A stretch of DNA of 34,489 nt from Seison nebaliae (Eukaryota), in assembly GCA_023231475.1 (NCBI GenBank), contig JALJEE010003270.1:1-34489 (forward strand). The letters are read 5' to 3'. The notes under the pieces were generated by a model. It was not told the DNA's origin, ran no database searches, and saw only the letters and a program-made list of their open reading frames with translations. Of the stretch, positions 1 through 10,041 are shown one piece after another. The position numbers and the translations under genes are program-made. The stretch's first letter is position 1, and every line of letters starts with the position of its first letter.

Positions 1-6
1 TTTTAA

Positions 7-140
7 GGTTGAGAACTGTCCTTTATGTCCTGAAAACTTTATTAAGTGAAAAAAAAGGGGTTGAGAACTGTCCGAAAATGGGGTTGAGAACTGTCCTTTT
101 TTAGTAGTAAAATGGAAAGGTTGAGAACTGTCCGGATACC
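7..140 (-). mobile_element. Probable terminus of a DNA transposon or MITE with subterminal repeats
   Basis: Four exact copies of GGTTGAGAACTGTCC at 7-21, 59-73, 82-96 and 119-133, ending in GGATACC (minus strand reads GGTATCCGGACAGTTCTCAACC). The repeats are seen directly. The transposon reading is inferred from the resemblance to modular TIRs of Mutator/Foldback-type elements; the other end would lie outside the window. Confidence 0.55.
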
Positions 141-430
141 GTAAAATGAAACATTCAAAATATTTCTGATACATATTGTCAAGAATATTGACAGTTCATA
201 TTGACCGATATATTATTATCAAAAATAATGTTTATTAAACACTTCTGAATTTTTGAATGAATTGAAATATTATGAATGAGTCAATCCTAATTCTGGTATG
301 AATTATGTTTAAAAAAATGAGTTAAACGTAAAATTTTATTTAAGCAAAAATAAAACACCTCAAAGTTGTATTCTAAAATTCTGAATTTGTCCTTTCAGGA
401 AATTTGTAATTTTATATTTTCCAAAAATTC

Positions 431-1420
431 TCATTTTTTCCGTCCAATAAAATTGTTCATACAATCATTAATTCCAAGAAATTTCGACAACCGACGTTCC
501 ACAGTGATAGGAAAAATTCTGAAAATGTCAATAAAGAAGAATTAGAGTTGTGGAGAAAAAATAAAGAACCCTCTGAAAGCATATAATAGTCGACAAAAAA
601 ATGGAAATATTATCAATTCTTCATTCCTTAAAATTCCTCCGAAAATTTTCTCTACAGCATAATCGGTTGATGAAATTGGAAGTATAGAAGGAAATTTTGT
701 TTGAACTCCATCAAACATTCCTGTATTGATATAATACGGACAGACAATGGTATTGGCAATGAGTGAATTCATTTTCATTAATTCTTGAGCAATTGCATCA
801 GCAAATCCAAATGCTGCAAATTTTGAAGCAGAATAATCAGCTAATGCCGATGAACCTTGAATGGCAGCCATACTACTAATTGTGACGAGATGTCCATTAT
901 CATGAGATATCATTTGAGATAGAAATGATTTCACCAACCAGAAATGAGACATCACATTCACATTCATACAACGTTCAACTGCGTCGTCGTTTAATTTCAA
1001 AAACGGTGCACCACTTACCACACCTGCATTATTAATTAACATAGTAACATATGATGGTCGAATATCGTTTTTGATTTGATCGGTGACTGCATAAATATCT
1101 TCTTTCTTCATACTTAAATCCAAATGATATAGTCGAATGTCATTCCGTTTCATTAAACTTTGTTCGACGGAGAAAAGTTCATTTTTTAAACTTTCCAATT
1201 GTTCCATATTATAATCCACCAATATTAATTTTTTGCATTTCAACTTGAAAAATTTCTTGGTCAATTCCTTCCCAATTCCATTTGCGGCTCCCGTTATTAA
1301 AATGACATCTTCACTCACATCTTTTGGTGGTTTGTCGAAGATGGAATAATAGACACTCCTCCCAATATCGAATGAGATTTGGGATAGTAGAATGAAAGTT
1401 TGGTAAATAATTTCCAACAT
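431..1420 (-). CDS. Short-chain dehydrogenase/reductase, SDR16C family (RDH10/SDR16C5-like), 312 aa, 2 exons
   Basis: TGAANGIG cofactor motif, NNAGV, YSASK catalytic motif and CPYYINTGMF. Model complement(join(431..518,570..1420)). Removing a 51-nt GTTCTT...TTTCAG intron (519-569) gives a family-like C-terminus GIFPITVERRLSKFLGINDCMNNFIGRKK. Confidence 0.93.
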
Positions 1421-1764
1421 TACAGAGCAGATTTTTAGTTGTCGACAGTCGAAGTGTTTGGGAATGGAAGCTTTATTTTTATTCAGTTCTCACATCATTC
1501 GACATTTGAAGTCCACATTGATGTCCATACGACTAATTGAATGAGAGAATCGATAGAATATTGAAGTTGTATAAAAACTCAAAATTTGTTATCATAAATA
1601 CGGAAAAATTCTTAATTATACATAATATGAATTTAATTTTCAAATATAAATTTCATATGAAGTTTTCGAATTCGAATTGTTTTTTTTCAATTAGAAATAT
1701 TTGTTTTATGTTTTAATTAATTTACAATTATTTTCAGTTTTAAACTTATTAATTCTGTTCTTTC

Positions 1765-3162
1765 ATGGTATTGCCGTCATGGTTTCCGTATACTACGATG
1801 GATATTCGTTGGAATTCTATTAACGAATATGGTTTTCATAACAAAGAAAAAGTGGCTGGTTTTAAGAACCCGAAAGGGCTAGGTATATGCGCTACTAATG
1901 TTATATTATCGATGATAATGTCGAGTGAATATATCATGAATTTCTTAAGAGAACATCGCACAAATTCCATGGATACTTTGTATGATCGAATGAAGAATGT
2001 TCGAAAGAAATTTAGTACAAAAAATGTTGATCAACTTTTAAGTGATACGAACGAGTGTGAAGTTATAATTAAAGGAATCTGCGATTTAAGTGATGAAAAA
2101 GCTTCAGAGTCTTTAAATGGAAGTTTTGGAACGGCAGGTAATTATCATTTAGTGAAAGGATTAAAGAGTTCACAATCTACTGATTATGAAACGGAAGTTG
2201 CGAGTGAGAGAATTTGTAAGAAATTGATATGTGATGCTAAAGTGAGAGATGGTCGAGATTATGCCAGATGGAAAGATTTAATGAACGATTTATTGACAAC
2301 TTCTAAAATTCATTCACCATCTGAAAGTTTTCATCGGGAAATTCCTGGTTTTATGTTCGATTGGATTCCACAAATTAGAATGTTGAATTTGCAGGCACAT
2401 ATTGAAATTTCACCAAAAAATAGATTTAGTTTAAAACCGTTCCGACCTGATTACCAAAAGTATTTCAAACATAGTAAAATGGAGAATTTACAGAAAGAAT
2501 TAAGATCATTGAATGTCGATCCAAAATTGATAGTTTTGACTTTCGGAAAATATCGTGCGGTGCGAATTCATCCCGGATTTTATTACAATGTTGCACGAAC
2601 ACTAAAACAAGCTGCTAAAACTGGAGAGTTTGCTTTGGAAGAAGATTTTATTTATTTTTATCCTCAAACTTTCTCCCTTCCCAATTTAAGTAAACCGAAA
2701 AATAAATATCCGTTTTTGATTAATGGTGTTAATAAAATGTACATTTTGAAATCGATTGCAGTGATTCTCGTGAAGGAGACAACTATGAAAATTTCTGAAA
2801 TTCCAACATATAAGAATATGGATGAAAATACGCAAATGGCTGTCAATGTTTGTGTTGCTACAACTGAGGAAGAAATTAAAAATTTATTAAGAGAACGAAA
2901 TTTGCAAAATTTAATACCTTTCATGGAAGATATTACTATTGATATATATCTGTTATTACGAAAAATATGTTCATTTTTAAAATTAGATGGAATTACAAAA
3001 TTCGGTACAGGTAATCATTCCATTCATACGTTTGCTCTTATTGTAAAGAATGAAAGATGGATCATAATGAACGATGAATTCTCATGTTATGTTGATGATA
3101 TCAACACATTCACCACAATGTTGAAAGATGAAACAATTTCAAGTGTATTATTTGAAGAATGA
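1765..3162 (+). CDS. Orphan-family protein copy 1, 465 aa, putative highly divergent USP/peptidase C19 fold
   Basis: Long intronless ORF and clear paralog of 4501..5916. USP-like motifs in order: GFKNPKGLGICATNVIL (Cys box), PKLIVLTFGKY, YPQTFSL, YILKSIAV, IHTFALIVKNERWIIMND (His/Asp box), SVLFEE. The ORF is well supported; the fold assignment is inference. Confidence 0.7.
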   Translation: MVLPSWFPYTTMDIRWNSINEYGFHNKEKVAGFKNPKGLGICATNVILSMIMSSEYIMNFLREHRTNSMDTLYDRMKNVRKKFSTKNVDQLLSDTNECEVIIKGICDLSDEKASESLNGSFGTAGNYHLVKGLKSSQSTDYETEVASERICKKLICDAKVRDGRDYARWKDLMNDLLTTSKIHSPSESFHREIPGFMFDWIPQIRMLNLQAHIEISPKNRFSLKPFRPDYQKYFKHSKMENLQKELRSLNVDPKLIVLTFGKYRAVRIHPGFYYNVARTLKQAAKTGEFALEEDFIYFYPQTFSLPNLSKPKNKYPFLINGVNKMYILKSIAVILVKETTMKISEIPTYKNMDENTQMAVNVCVATTEEEIKNLLRERNLQNLIPFMEDITIDIYLLLRKICSFLKLDGITKFGTGNHSIHTFALIVKNERWIIMNDEFSCYVDDINTFTTMLKDETISSVLFEE

Positions 3163-3339
3163 ATTTAAAGTTTTGGAAGTTTATGAATAAGATTACAATA
3201 TGATATTTTTCATTATCTTTCAAATCTGGGAATGTCATATAGATTATCATGTGCAAGAATGATTAGATGATTAGAAATTTAGTTAAATAAAAATCGATAA
3301 ACGAATGAATTATTATTAATATTATTATTTATTACCACA

Positions 3340-4317
3340 ATGTCTGATAGACAATTCCCCTGAGGGATAAAGTTCAGAAAAAGGATTAAAAGAAAAAAGG
3401 AATAAAATGGATGAAATAAAAAGAGTTAGATGATAAGAAATAAAAGGAAAAGAATTCATGATTCGATTTTATAACGATACACACTAAACAAATTAGTAAC
3501 CGTACAAGGTGTTTCCGTTCATCATTCCGATCGAACGTATTTCTGACATTTGAGAGATGAGGAAGAAAATTTGATGGAAGAATATTGAGTGGAGAGAAAT
3601 TTATAACAAAATCTTTAAAATCGGAAGAAGTTGGTGAGAACAGTATGTTATAATAATTATGAACTAACGAATCCATTCCCTGAAACGAAGGATTAGTTGA
3701 AATTCCGTCCAGAATTCCTAGAATTCTCCTTGCACATATGATAGAAAACGGAATCAAATCAGTAAGTGCAAACAGGAACGCCGTATTACAAGGTTCCCAC
3801 TTTACATGGATTAAATAAGTATTATCCATTTATGGTTGACGAAATGTTGAAACCGTTTAACCTAAAAGCAATGGTAATAATTTTAACTTCAGAAACATAT
3901 TTCCAGATGAATCATCTTCCACTAAAAAACTATAATATGCTAGTTAACACGGAAATCGCATGTTCCGATCTAACATTTCATAAGATTGAGGAGATGATGA
4001 AAAAAGAGGATAAGCATATCTCTCTTTTGAAAAAGTTGAAATATTTAAAGTTAATTCTTGGAAAGATATGTTCGTTTTTCCTATATAATGCAACGACGAA
4101 GTTTGACGAATTGGTAAGTCAGGTACATGTATTTTCAGTGATTCAAAGAAATGATAAATGAGTAATACTGAACGATGATTTCTCGTATTACACCGAATAA
4201 ATTTATGATTTCACTTTAATATTGAAATATGAAACAATAACCAGTGTACTACTCGAGGAACCTGTAAGTACATCGTTTGGACTTGAATTTACTCGGGCTC
4301 ATACGAGGCAAAATTAA
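3340..4317 (+). pseudogene. Degenerate third paralog of the USP-like orphan family
   Basis: The frame of ORF 3766..4161 aligns with the paralogs' C-terminal part (YPFMVDEMLKPFNLKAMVIIL, KICSFF, VHVFSVIQRNDK*VILNDDFSYYTE*...ETITSVLLEE). In-frame stops at 4159-4161 (TGA at the conserved Trp) and 4198-4200 (TAA). The 5' part (ATG 3340, MSDRQFP*) has many stops and is shorter than in the paralogs, so the 5' boundary is uncertain. Confidence 0.8.
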
Positions 4318-4500
4318 TCTTCAGGTGGCCAAAATTTATAAAAATCGTAAATTTGAGTAATTAGTTAGCGATAAATATTTTACTCTTCTACAAAGTTTTT
4401 TTCTCGAAAAATAATTAAATTCCTTTATAACTCGAAAGTTTTTTCTTCGAAAAATCCAAAACTTCTATTTCGTTTAACTCTTGTTCAATTTTTTCATCCA

Positions 4501-5916
4501 ATGGACTTACCGTCGACTTTCCCCTGTGAAAGTGAACCATATCGATGGGTTTATCTTCGACAACATGCTAAACGTGGTCCTCACATCCACAATTTTTTAG
4601 AGAATTATACACACGGTAATCGTTTCACTACTACATGTATCATCAACTTATTCTTAACGATGTTGACTTCATATTTCAATATAAAGAATTATAGACAAAT
4701 TAATGATCTTTCTCCTAACAATTGGTTCTACAGCGTTCAAGAAGTTAGAGGATTGATATGTGCTACACCAGTACACGGTTTATGGTCGACTCTTGACGTA
4801 CCGAATAATATGATCTTCACCATCTGTAATAATTTCAAGGGAGAAGTGTCAGATATTTATAATGAATTTGGGAGAAATAATTGGCTAGCAAATGCCATGA
4901 GGAAACTGAAACCGATTACTGACTTAATTTATATGCCAACTGCCACCACTTGTGAAATCATGACCGAATCGATTAAAGAAGATCAATATAAGAAATGGAA
5001 GAATTCCATTAAATATATTTTAAAACCATCAATCTCTTTACTAACACCTCCTCCTTATAAAATGGGTTTAATTTCCCATTTTTCCTACGATTGGTTTCGA
5101 GAAATTAAATTTTTAAGTTTACAAGTTGATTTCACTGCAATTCCAAATGATCCCACTAAAGCTAATCCATTTGTACCCGGTTTCACAAAATATTTGAAAC
5201 CTCAAGAGAAACAAATTCTGGAGAGAACGTTAACAGATAACAATATTGATCCGAATATGATACTCATCAGTTTTCCGGTATATCGTCTTGTTCGTCTTCA
5301 TTCCAGATTTTATTTGGATAATATAATAGAAAAAATTTTCGAAAAAAAATCAAACAAAACAACTATAGATTTCAATTCAGTTCGCATATTCTATTATCCC
5401 CAGACCATATCCTTTCCCATTTATCATGGAATTGTAGATAAATATCGTTTTAATCTCAACGGAATTAATAATTTTTACCATTTAAAATCCATAACCGTTC
5501 TTATGAATGAAGAAGTCACATCTTATGTAAAAGAATTCCCTTCACAAAATCATGTTGATTACAAATTATATAAGAATTTGGAAAATTGTATCGATACTAT
5601 TTATCATGAAATAAATTCTTTACGTGCAAAATTCGACAAAGAAGACATATCGATGTATATCAGTTCGACAATCAATCAATTCAGTTATGATACGGAGGAA
5701 TTATTCCGTAAGATTTGTATATTTTTGATGAGGGATGCAAAATCTGATTTCGATCCTCCAATAATGCCAACTCATAAATTTGTCGTAACAACTCGAAATG
5801 ATACATGGATAATCACGAATGATGAATTTTCATGTGCCATAAATAATATCGTCAAATTTTCCCAGTTAATGACAGATGAAACTATTACAAGTGTACTTCT
5901 CGAAAGAACAACATAA
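4501..5916 (+). CDS. Orphan-family protein copy 2, 471 aa, putative highly divergent USP/peptidase C19 fold
   Basis: Intronless ORF co-linear with 1765..3162 (MDLPSTFP vs MVLPSWFP; FSYDWFREIKFLSLQ vs FMFDWIPQIRMLNLQ; shared YPQT and NDEFSC; DETITSVLLE). Candidate catalytic Cys in TTTCIINLFL; candidate His and Asn/Asp in THKFVVTTRNDTWIITND. Confidence 0.7.
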   Translation: MDLPSTFPCESEPYRWVYLRQHAKRGPHIHNFLENYTHGNRFTTTCIINLFLTMLTSYFNIKNYRQINDLSPNNWFYSVQEVRGLICATPVHGLWSTLDVPNNMIFTICNNFKGEVSDIYNEFGRNNWLANAMRKLKPITDLIYMPTATTCEIMTESIKEDQYKKWKNSIKYILKPSISLLTPPPYKMGLISHFSYDWFREIKFLSLQVDFTAIPNDPTKANPFVPGFTKYLKPQEKQILERTLTDNNIDPNMILISFPVYRLVRLHSRFYLDNIIEKIFEKKSNKTTIDFNSVRIFYYPQTISFPIYHGIVDKYRFNLNGINNFYHLKSITVLMNEEVTSYVKEFPSQNHVDYKLYKNLENCIDTIYHEINSLRAKFDKEDISMYISSTINQFSYDTEELFRKICIFLMRDAKSDFDPPIMPTHKFVVTTRNDTWIITNDEFSCAINNIVKFSQLMTDETITSVLLERTT

Positions 5917-6164
5917 TAGAAAAGAACGTTCAATTATTCACATTCAATATCAAATAACATCATAATAATTATTTTCACAATTCGATTTTATATAGAAAAT
6001 TATCTAATTATAACTTTTCTCATTTATATATTTTTCACTAATTCAACTCAAATTATTTGGGAAAAATTTAAAAATAAAAATAAAAAAATTCGAAATTTAA
6101 GAAAGAAAATTAAAATGAAATAAAAACGGAAAAAAATTATCGAAAAAATGAAAAAAATTAAAAA

Positions 6165-7082
6165 TTACAATAATTCGATATTTTGTTTTCGACGACGTTT
6201 CGCAGGAGGATCCGTTGACAATTGTCCTTTACTGTATATTTGACTTTTCATTTTGTTTACGACGTCATTGAAATTAGGAAGACGATTAATTTGGACACAT
6301 CGATTATTCGCCGTCGCTATCATGGACGACGGCATTTCTTTCCAAGTCTGTGTGAGAAGAAGATTATCCTGATTCAATTTCTGTTTATTCTTCTCATGTT
6401 CTTTCGCTAAGAATTCCATTCGTTTCGTCATAAAATAATTTTTTTTGTAAATATTCGGATCATTTTCCGATTTTTTCGTATTTCGATTATGTTTCCTTTT
6501 TGGAGCGACTTTAATTTCATAATCTGCAATAATATCTAAATATTGATGATAAGTAGAAACATCTCTTACTTGAGGAAAGATGTGAGTGATCGGTTCAATT
6601 TTATTGAGGGAATGTATTGGAAAGAATGTACAATATTTATATGAACATGTCGTTTTTGATGATTTGTCGATATTGATTGCTGAATATTCGATAATTTGAA
6701 TATTTTTTGAAGTTTTCATAAGATTTCTATACCAATCTTTATCACTGATATCAGGATCTTTTTGTTGATTCTTCGGTTTGTGCAATGCTTCATGTTCTAT
6801 TAAATTCTTCTTTTTCTCTTCTTCAATGGCTTGTTTGGTTGTGAGATAATCTTCATCTCTTTCATGTTGTTCCTTTAATATTCTCCTACGATATCTATTC
6901 TCCAATTGTTTATTATAAATTCTCCAAACAATATGATCGTCATTCGTTAGAATTGGAGTGCGACTATTTTTGTCGATGAAAGTTAAAAGTTTAAGAAATC
7001 GTTTAAATTCTCGTTTATTAATTTCTAATTTATTCTCATCATTTCCATTTTCTTTCTCTCCCAATTTATATTTGATTTTCAT
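6165..7082 (-). CDS. Hypothetical basic protein, 305 aa, with C-terminal NLS-like motif
   Basis: 305-aa ORF in very AT-rich DNA; PPAKRRRK resembles a monopartite NLS. The ATG is directly preceded by an acceptor-like TTTAG, so this may be a downstream exon. No family recognised. Confidence 0.7.
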   Translation of the reverse strand: MKIKYKLGEKENGNDENKLEINKREFKRFLKLLTFIDKNSRTPILTNDDHIVWRIYNKQLENRYRRRILKEQHERDEDYLTTKQAIEEEKKKNLIEHEALHKPKNQQKDPDISDKDWYRNLMKTSKNIQIIEYSAINIDKSSKTTCSYKYCTFFPIHSLNKIEPITHIFPQVRDVSTYHQYLDIIADYEIKVAPKRKHNRNTKKSENDPNIYKKNYFMTKRMEFLAKEHEKNKQKLNQDNLLLTQTWKEMPSSMIATANNRCVQINRLPNFNDVVNKMKSQIYSKGQLSTDPPAKRRRKQNIELL

Positions 7083-7206
7083 CTAAATTCTAATGAATAA
7101 ATCTGATGGAAATTAAATTTAATTAAATGAAAATTTCAAGGAAAAATATTGAAGGAAAAATTTACAATTGTTAATAATGATCATTAATATTTCATCTGTT
7201 TAATGA

Positions 7207-8184
7207 TTAATCTTTGACATTATCGAACATATATTTTAATGGTTTATCACGACGTCGATGATTCGTCGCAGGTTGATGAGAATATCGTTGTTCTGGAACT
7301 TGATAACTGGGTTGATGGAGGAGTGGATTGATGATTGGAATCGATCCACTCACTTTATGATGACGTCGACTCACATATGATTTAATCGGCGGTTCAATTG
7401 AAGTTTGATAAGAATGTCGTGAAATAGAATCATTATAATTATAAGAATGACGACCAATCGATCGACCAACATGATCCATATTTTCCATTCCATAATTCGA
7501 ATGATAATGTGGATGTTGATGGATTTGTTTCTGATTATTTCGAATTTGTCTTCGAATTCTATCCGAATCTGATTCACTTTCATCTCCATCATCAATAAAA
7601 TCTTCGTCGTCACTATTACCACCTGCAGTAATATCATATTTCGATTTTCGACTATATTTCCGTTCAGGTTGATGATGTTTAAGAACCGTCGAAAATTGGT
7701 CATTATTCGATTTATCTATTCTTGATCGACTGATACGTTGATGTGGTCCACCATATGCCGGTTTACCACCTAATCCCATCATGTTTTGAGAAGTCGATAC
7801 ATTTCCTGTTAGTCGTTTCGTTAAACGTGGATTCTTATTAACTCTCCCACTTTTCTCATTTCGTTGATTTTTTGTAGTCGTACTATTCCTCTCCATCCAT
7901 TCTTTCCAAGGATCATATGTATCACGATCTACTTTCATCATAATTCTTTCATCAACAACATTCTCTGAGAGAATTTTCCTCTTTCCAGGATAATCAAATT
8001 CCGACGTTAAAAATAATAATTTCTGATTCTCCAATTCATTCAGATGTTGTTCTTTTTCCACTTGGTGGAGAACGTCGGAAAACTTTTGAACAAATTCAAC
8101 TTCCGCATTCATCGGTTCTTCTATTTGCCGTTCAATCACATATTTATTTTTGAATTTGTTATTCAAAATTTTCGTTGAAGTCAT
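7207..8184 (-). CDS. Hypothetical low-complexity/disordered protein, about 325 aa
   Basis: Long ORF whose first ATG is at 8184 (the track start at 8277 is TTG). Acidic patch SDDEDFIDDGDESESD and R/H/S-rich tail. No family recognised. Confidence 0.7.
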   Translation of the reverse strand: MTSTKILNNKFKNKYVIERQIEEPMNAEVEFVQKFSDVLHQVEKEQHLNELENQKLLFLTSEFDYPGKRKILSENVVDERIMMKVDRDTYDPWKEWMERNSTTTKNQRNEKSGRVNKNPRLTKRLTGNVSTSQNMMGLGGKPAYGGPHQRISRSRIDKSNNDQFSTVLKHHQPERKYSRKSKYDITAGGNSDDEDFIDDGDESESDSDRIRRQIRNNQKQIHQHPHYHSNYGMENMDHVGRSIGRHSYNYNDSISRHSYQTSIEPPIKSYVSRRHHKVSGSIPIINPLLHQPSYQVPEQRYSHQPATNHRRRDKPLKYMFDNVKD

Positions 8185-8745
8185 TTTGTCCGATAGAATA
8201 TTTTTCCTTAAGAAAAATTCTACTGTTGTTGTTCCCAATATCAGATTGTCAAATAAACAATTTATTTCAAACTTCAATTTTTTCTCTTTTCTTTCCTATT
8301 AAAAAATAAGCTTGTGTTAATTAAATTAATATCCTTCTTTAATTAACGTTAATTAACCAGACTTTTTCATGAAGGTGATCAAAACTTAAAATAATTTAAC
8401 GTAATTGAAAAAATTCATTTTTCAAAAATGCTCCATAATGACATCGTCTTTTAATTTTTTTCTAAAGTTTTTTAACGATCCATCAACTGAACTATACTCC
8501 GTCTTGAATTATCTTACAATAATTATTATTATTATTAGAAATTTCTAATTGGAAGGAAGATATGGTTTACTTTTCTTTATAAATCTTTCTATCCAATTTC
8601 AGATTATGAAGTTTTTCCTAATTAAAACTAACTTTATTTAACTAATTCTTTTTAAAAAGATAGCTGAAATAATTCATTTAATTTCTTCAATATTTTTTTC
8701 ATTTTATACAAGTCGGTTGATAAATTAATTGTATGTTGAAGTAAA

Positions 8746-9334
8746 ATGGTGTACATAACGGCGAATGGTGATATTGTTGACGGTAATACTCCAAGAAGCA
8801 CTACACGAGTTCTTTTCTTAGTACATAATAATTTTAAACTTGCAATTAGCCTACACCAAATGGAAATTTGAATAATGTCAGATCGACAAATAATACGGAA
8901 TCAAATCAGAATGAAGTAAGCTCCGGTTTCTCCATGGAAATTTTCGATACTTGGAATCAAAAATTGACAGATGTTCCTTATTGTATTCTAAATTAAATAT
9001 GTTTTCTTTTCCATTTTAGTATGGAGTTCCAACATTCACCTTACCAAATAATTGGAAAATTCGTCCGATTGTTTCAGTTTCATCTTTGTTATCTACCGTC
9101 ATGTTCGGTTACCGAGGATTAATGATGTCCATCATTCTCTATGTCATTGTACAAGTTCCAAATAAATTTTGAGATCCATTTATTATTCATATTCAGGTAA
9201 GTAAAAATGGTGCTGATAATACAACGGGAGGTCAACAAGGCTCATCATCATTCCAACCGAACCTTCCAGGTAGAACTGATAGAATGTATCAATTTAAATC
9301 GTTTACAGGAAAGGGTCAAAAATTGGGACAGTAA
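8746..9334 (+). CDS. FAM241 (DUF4605) family small membrane protein, 152 aa, 4 exons; not in the ORF track
   Basis: join(8746..8808,8850..8972,9020..9154,9197..9334), three phase-0 GT-AG introns of 41, 47 and 42 nt. The translation MVYITANGDIVD...FDTWNQKLTDYGVPTFTLPNNWKIRPIVSVSSLLSTVMFGYRGLMMSIILYVIVQ matches the FAM241B pattern as I recall it (MVRILANGEIV...FNDLNRQLVNMGFP...LGVRGLLLVGLVY). C-terminus is FTGKGQKLGQ. Confidence 0.85.
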
Positions 9335-10041
9335 TTTCTTCGAAATTAACATCTTAGAATTTTCGAAAAAATTGACTCATTCTCTTTGTTCTATGTTTAG
9401 TAAAAATTTTTTGGAAATAACAAAATTTGAAAATTAGCAATATAAAATTTCTCATATTTCTTCTCAAGTTGAAAATTGTGAGAATAAAATTATTACAAAA
9501 AATTTAAAATTTAATCTGTCTTTAACTTTTACCGATTTAGCTTTGATATTTCAAATGAAGTTTTGAAAATTTTTTTTTAATTTTCTATTTTAAAAAATTT
9601 TTATTCAAAAATTGATAAAGGTTTTTCTAGTGCTGTCTTTAAGGACCCCAATATTTTATCATTATTCTAACAATGGGTTCATCATCACAATGTACATTGT
9701 AAGTTCAATGGGCTATCAATCATATATATAATTTATTCTCGTTCTCTTCTGCGTTCTCTCATCGAAGTAACGTTCCTTTTCCCCTGATTCCTCATCACCT
9801 ATCCTCGTCGCTTAGCAACTCCTCGCTAAGCTTTATTTTCCCCAATAAACTTATCACCGAGCCTAGCCACTTCATTTTTCTTATCAAAAATAATAAACCT
9901 CTCATTGAACGATAAGTTGAGGGAATGTTATATTATGCATAGAAATTTCCTAATTTAAATTTACAAATTTAAATTTTGGCTTAAAAATTTCAATTTTTAA
10001 ATTTTATTTTCTGGTAATCCGTCATCATTTGGAAATTAACT

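Noticed and set aside
7..133. CRISPR array
   Set aside because: Repeats are only 15 bp with spacers of 37, 8 and 22 nt, there are no cas genes, and the context is an intron-containing eukaryotic genome.
2664..3829. Minus-strand ORFs 2664..2924 and 3386..3829
   Set aside because: Antisense shadows of the USP-like gene and pseudogene, with no recognisable motifs.
4159..4161. TGA recoded as Trp or Sec (alternative genetic code)
   Set aside because: TGA terminates conserved genes here (SDR, LRP2BP), TGG encodes the conserved Trp residues, and the same copy has other TAA/TGA stops. A nonsense mutation is the simpler explanation.
8746..9334. Selenoprotein K, suggested by the MVYI-x-NG start
   Set aside because: The central region matches FAM241, and there is no in-frame TGA near the C-terminus; the gene ends in TAA.
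9207..9437. 76-aa ORF
   Set aside because: Alternative frame overlapping FAM241 exon 4 and its 3' region.
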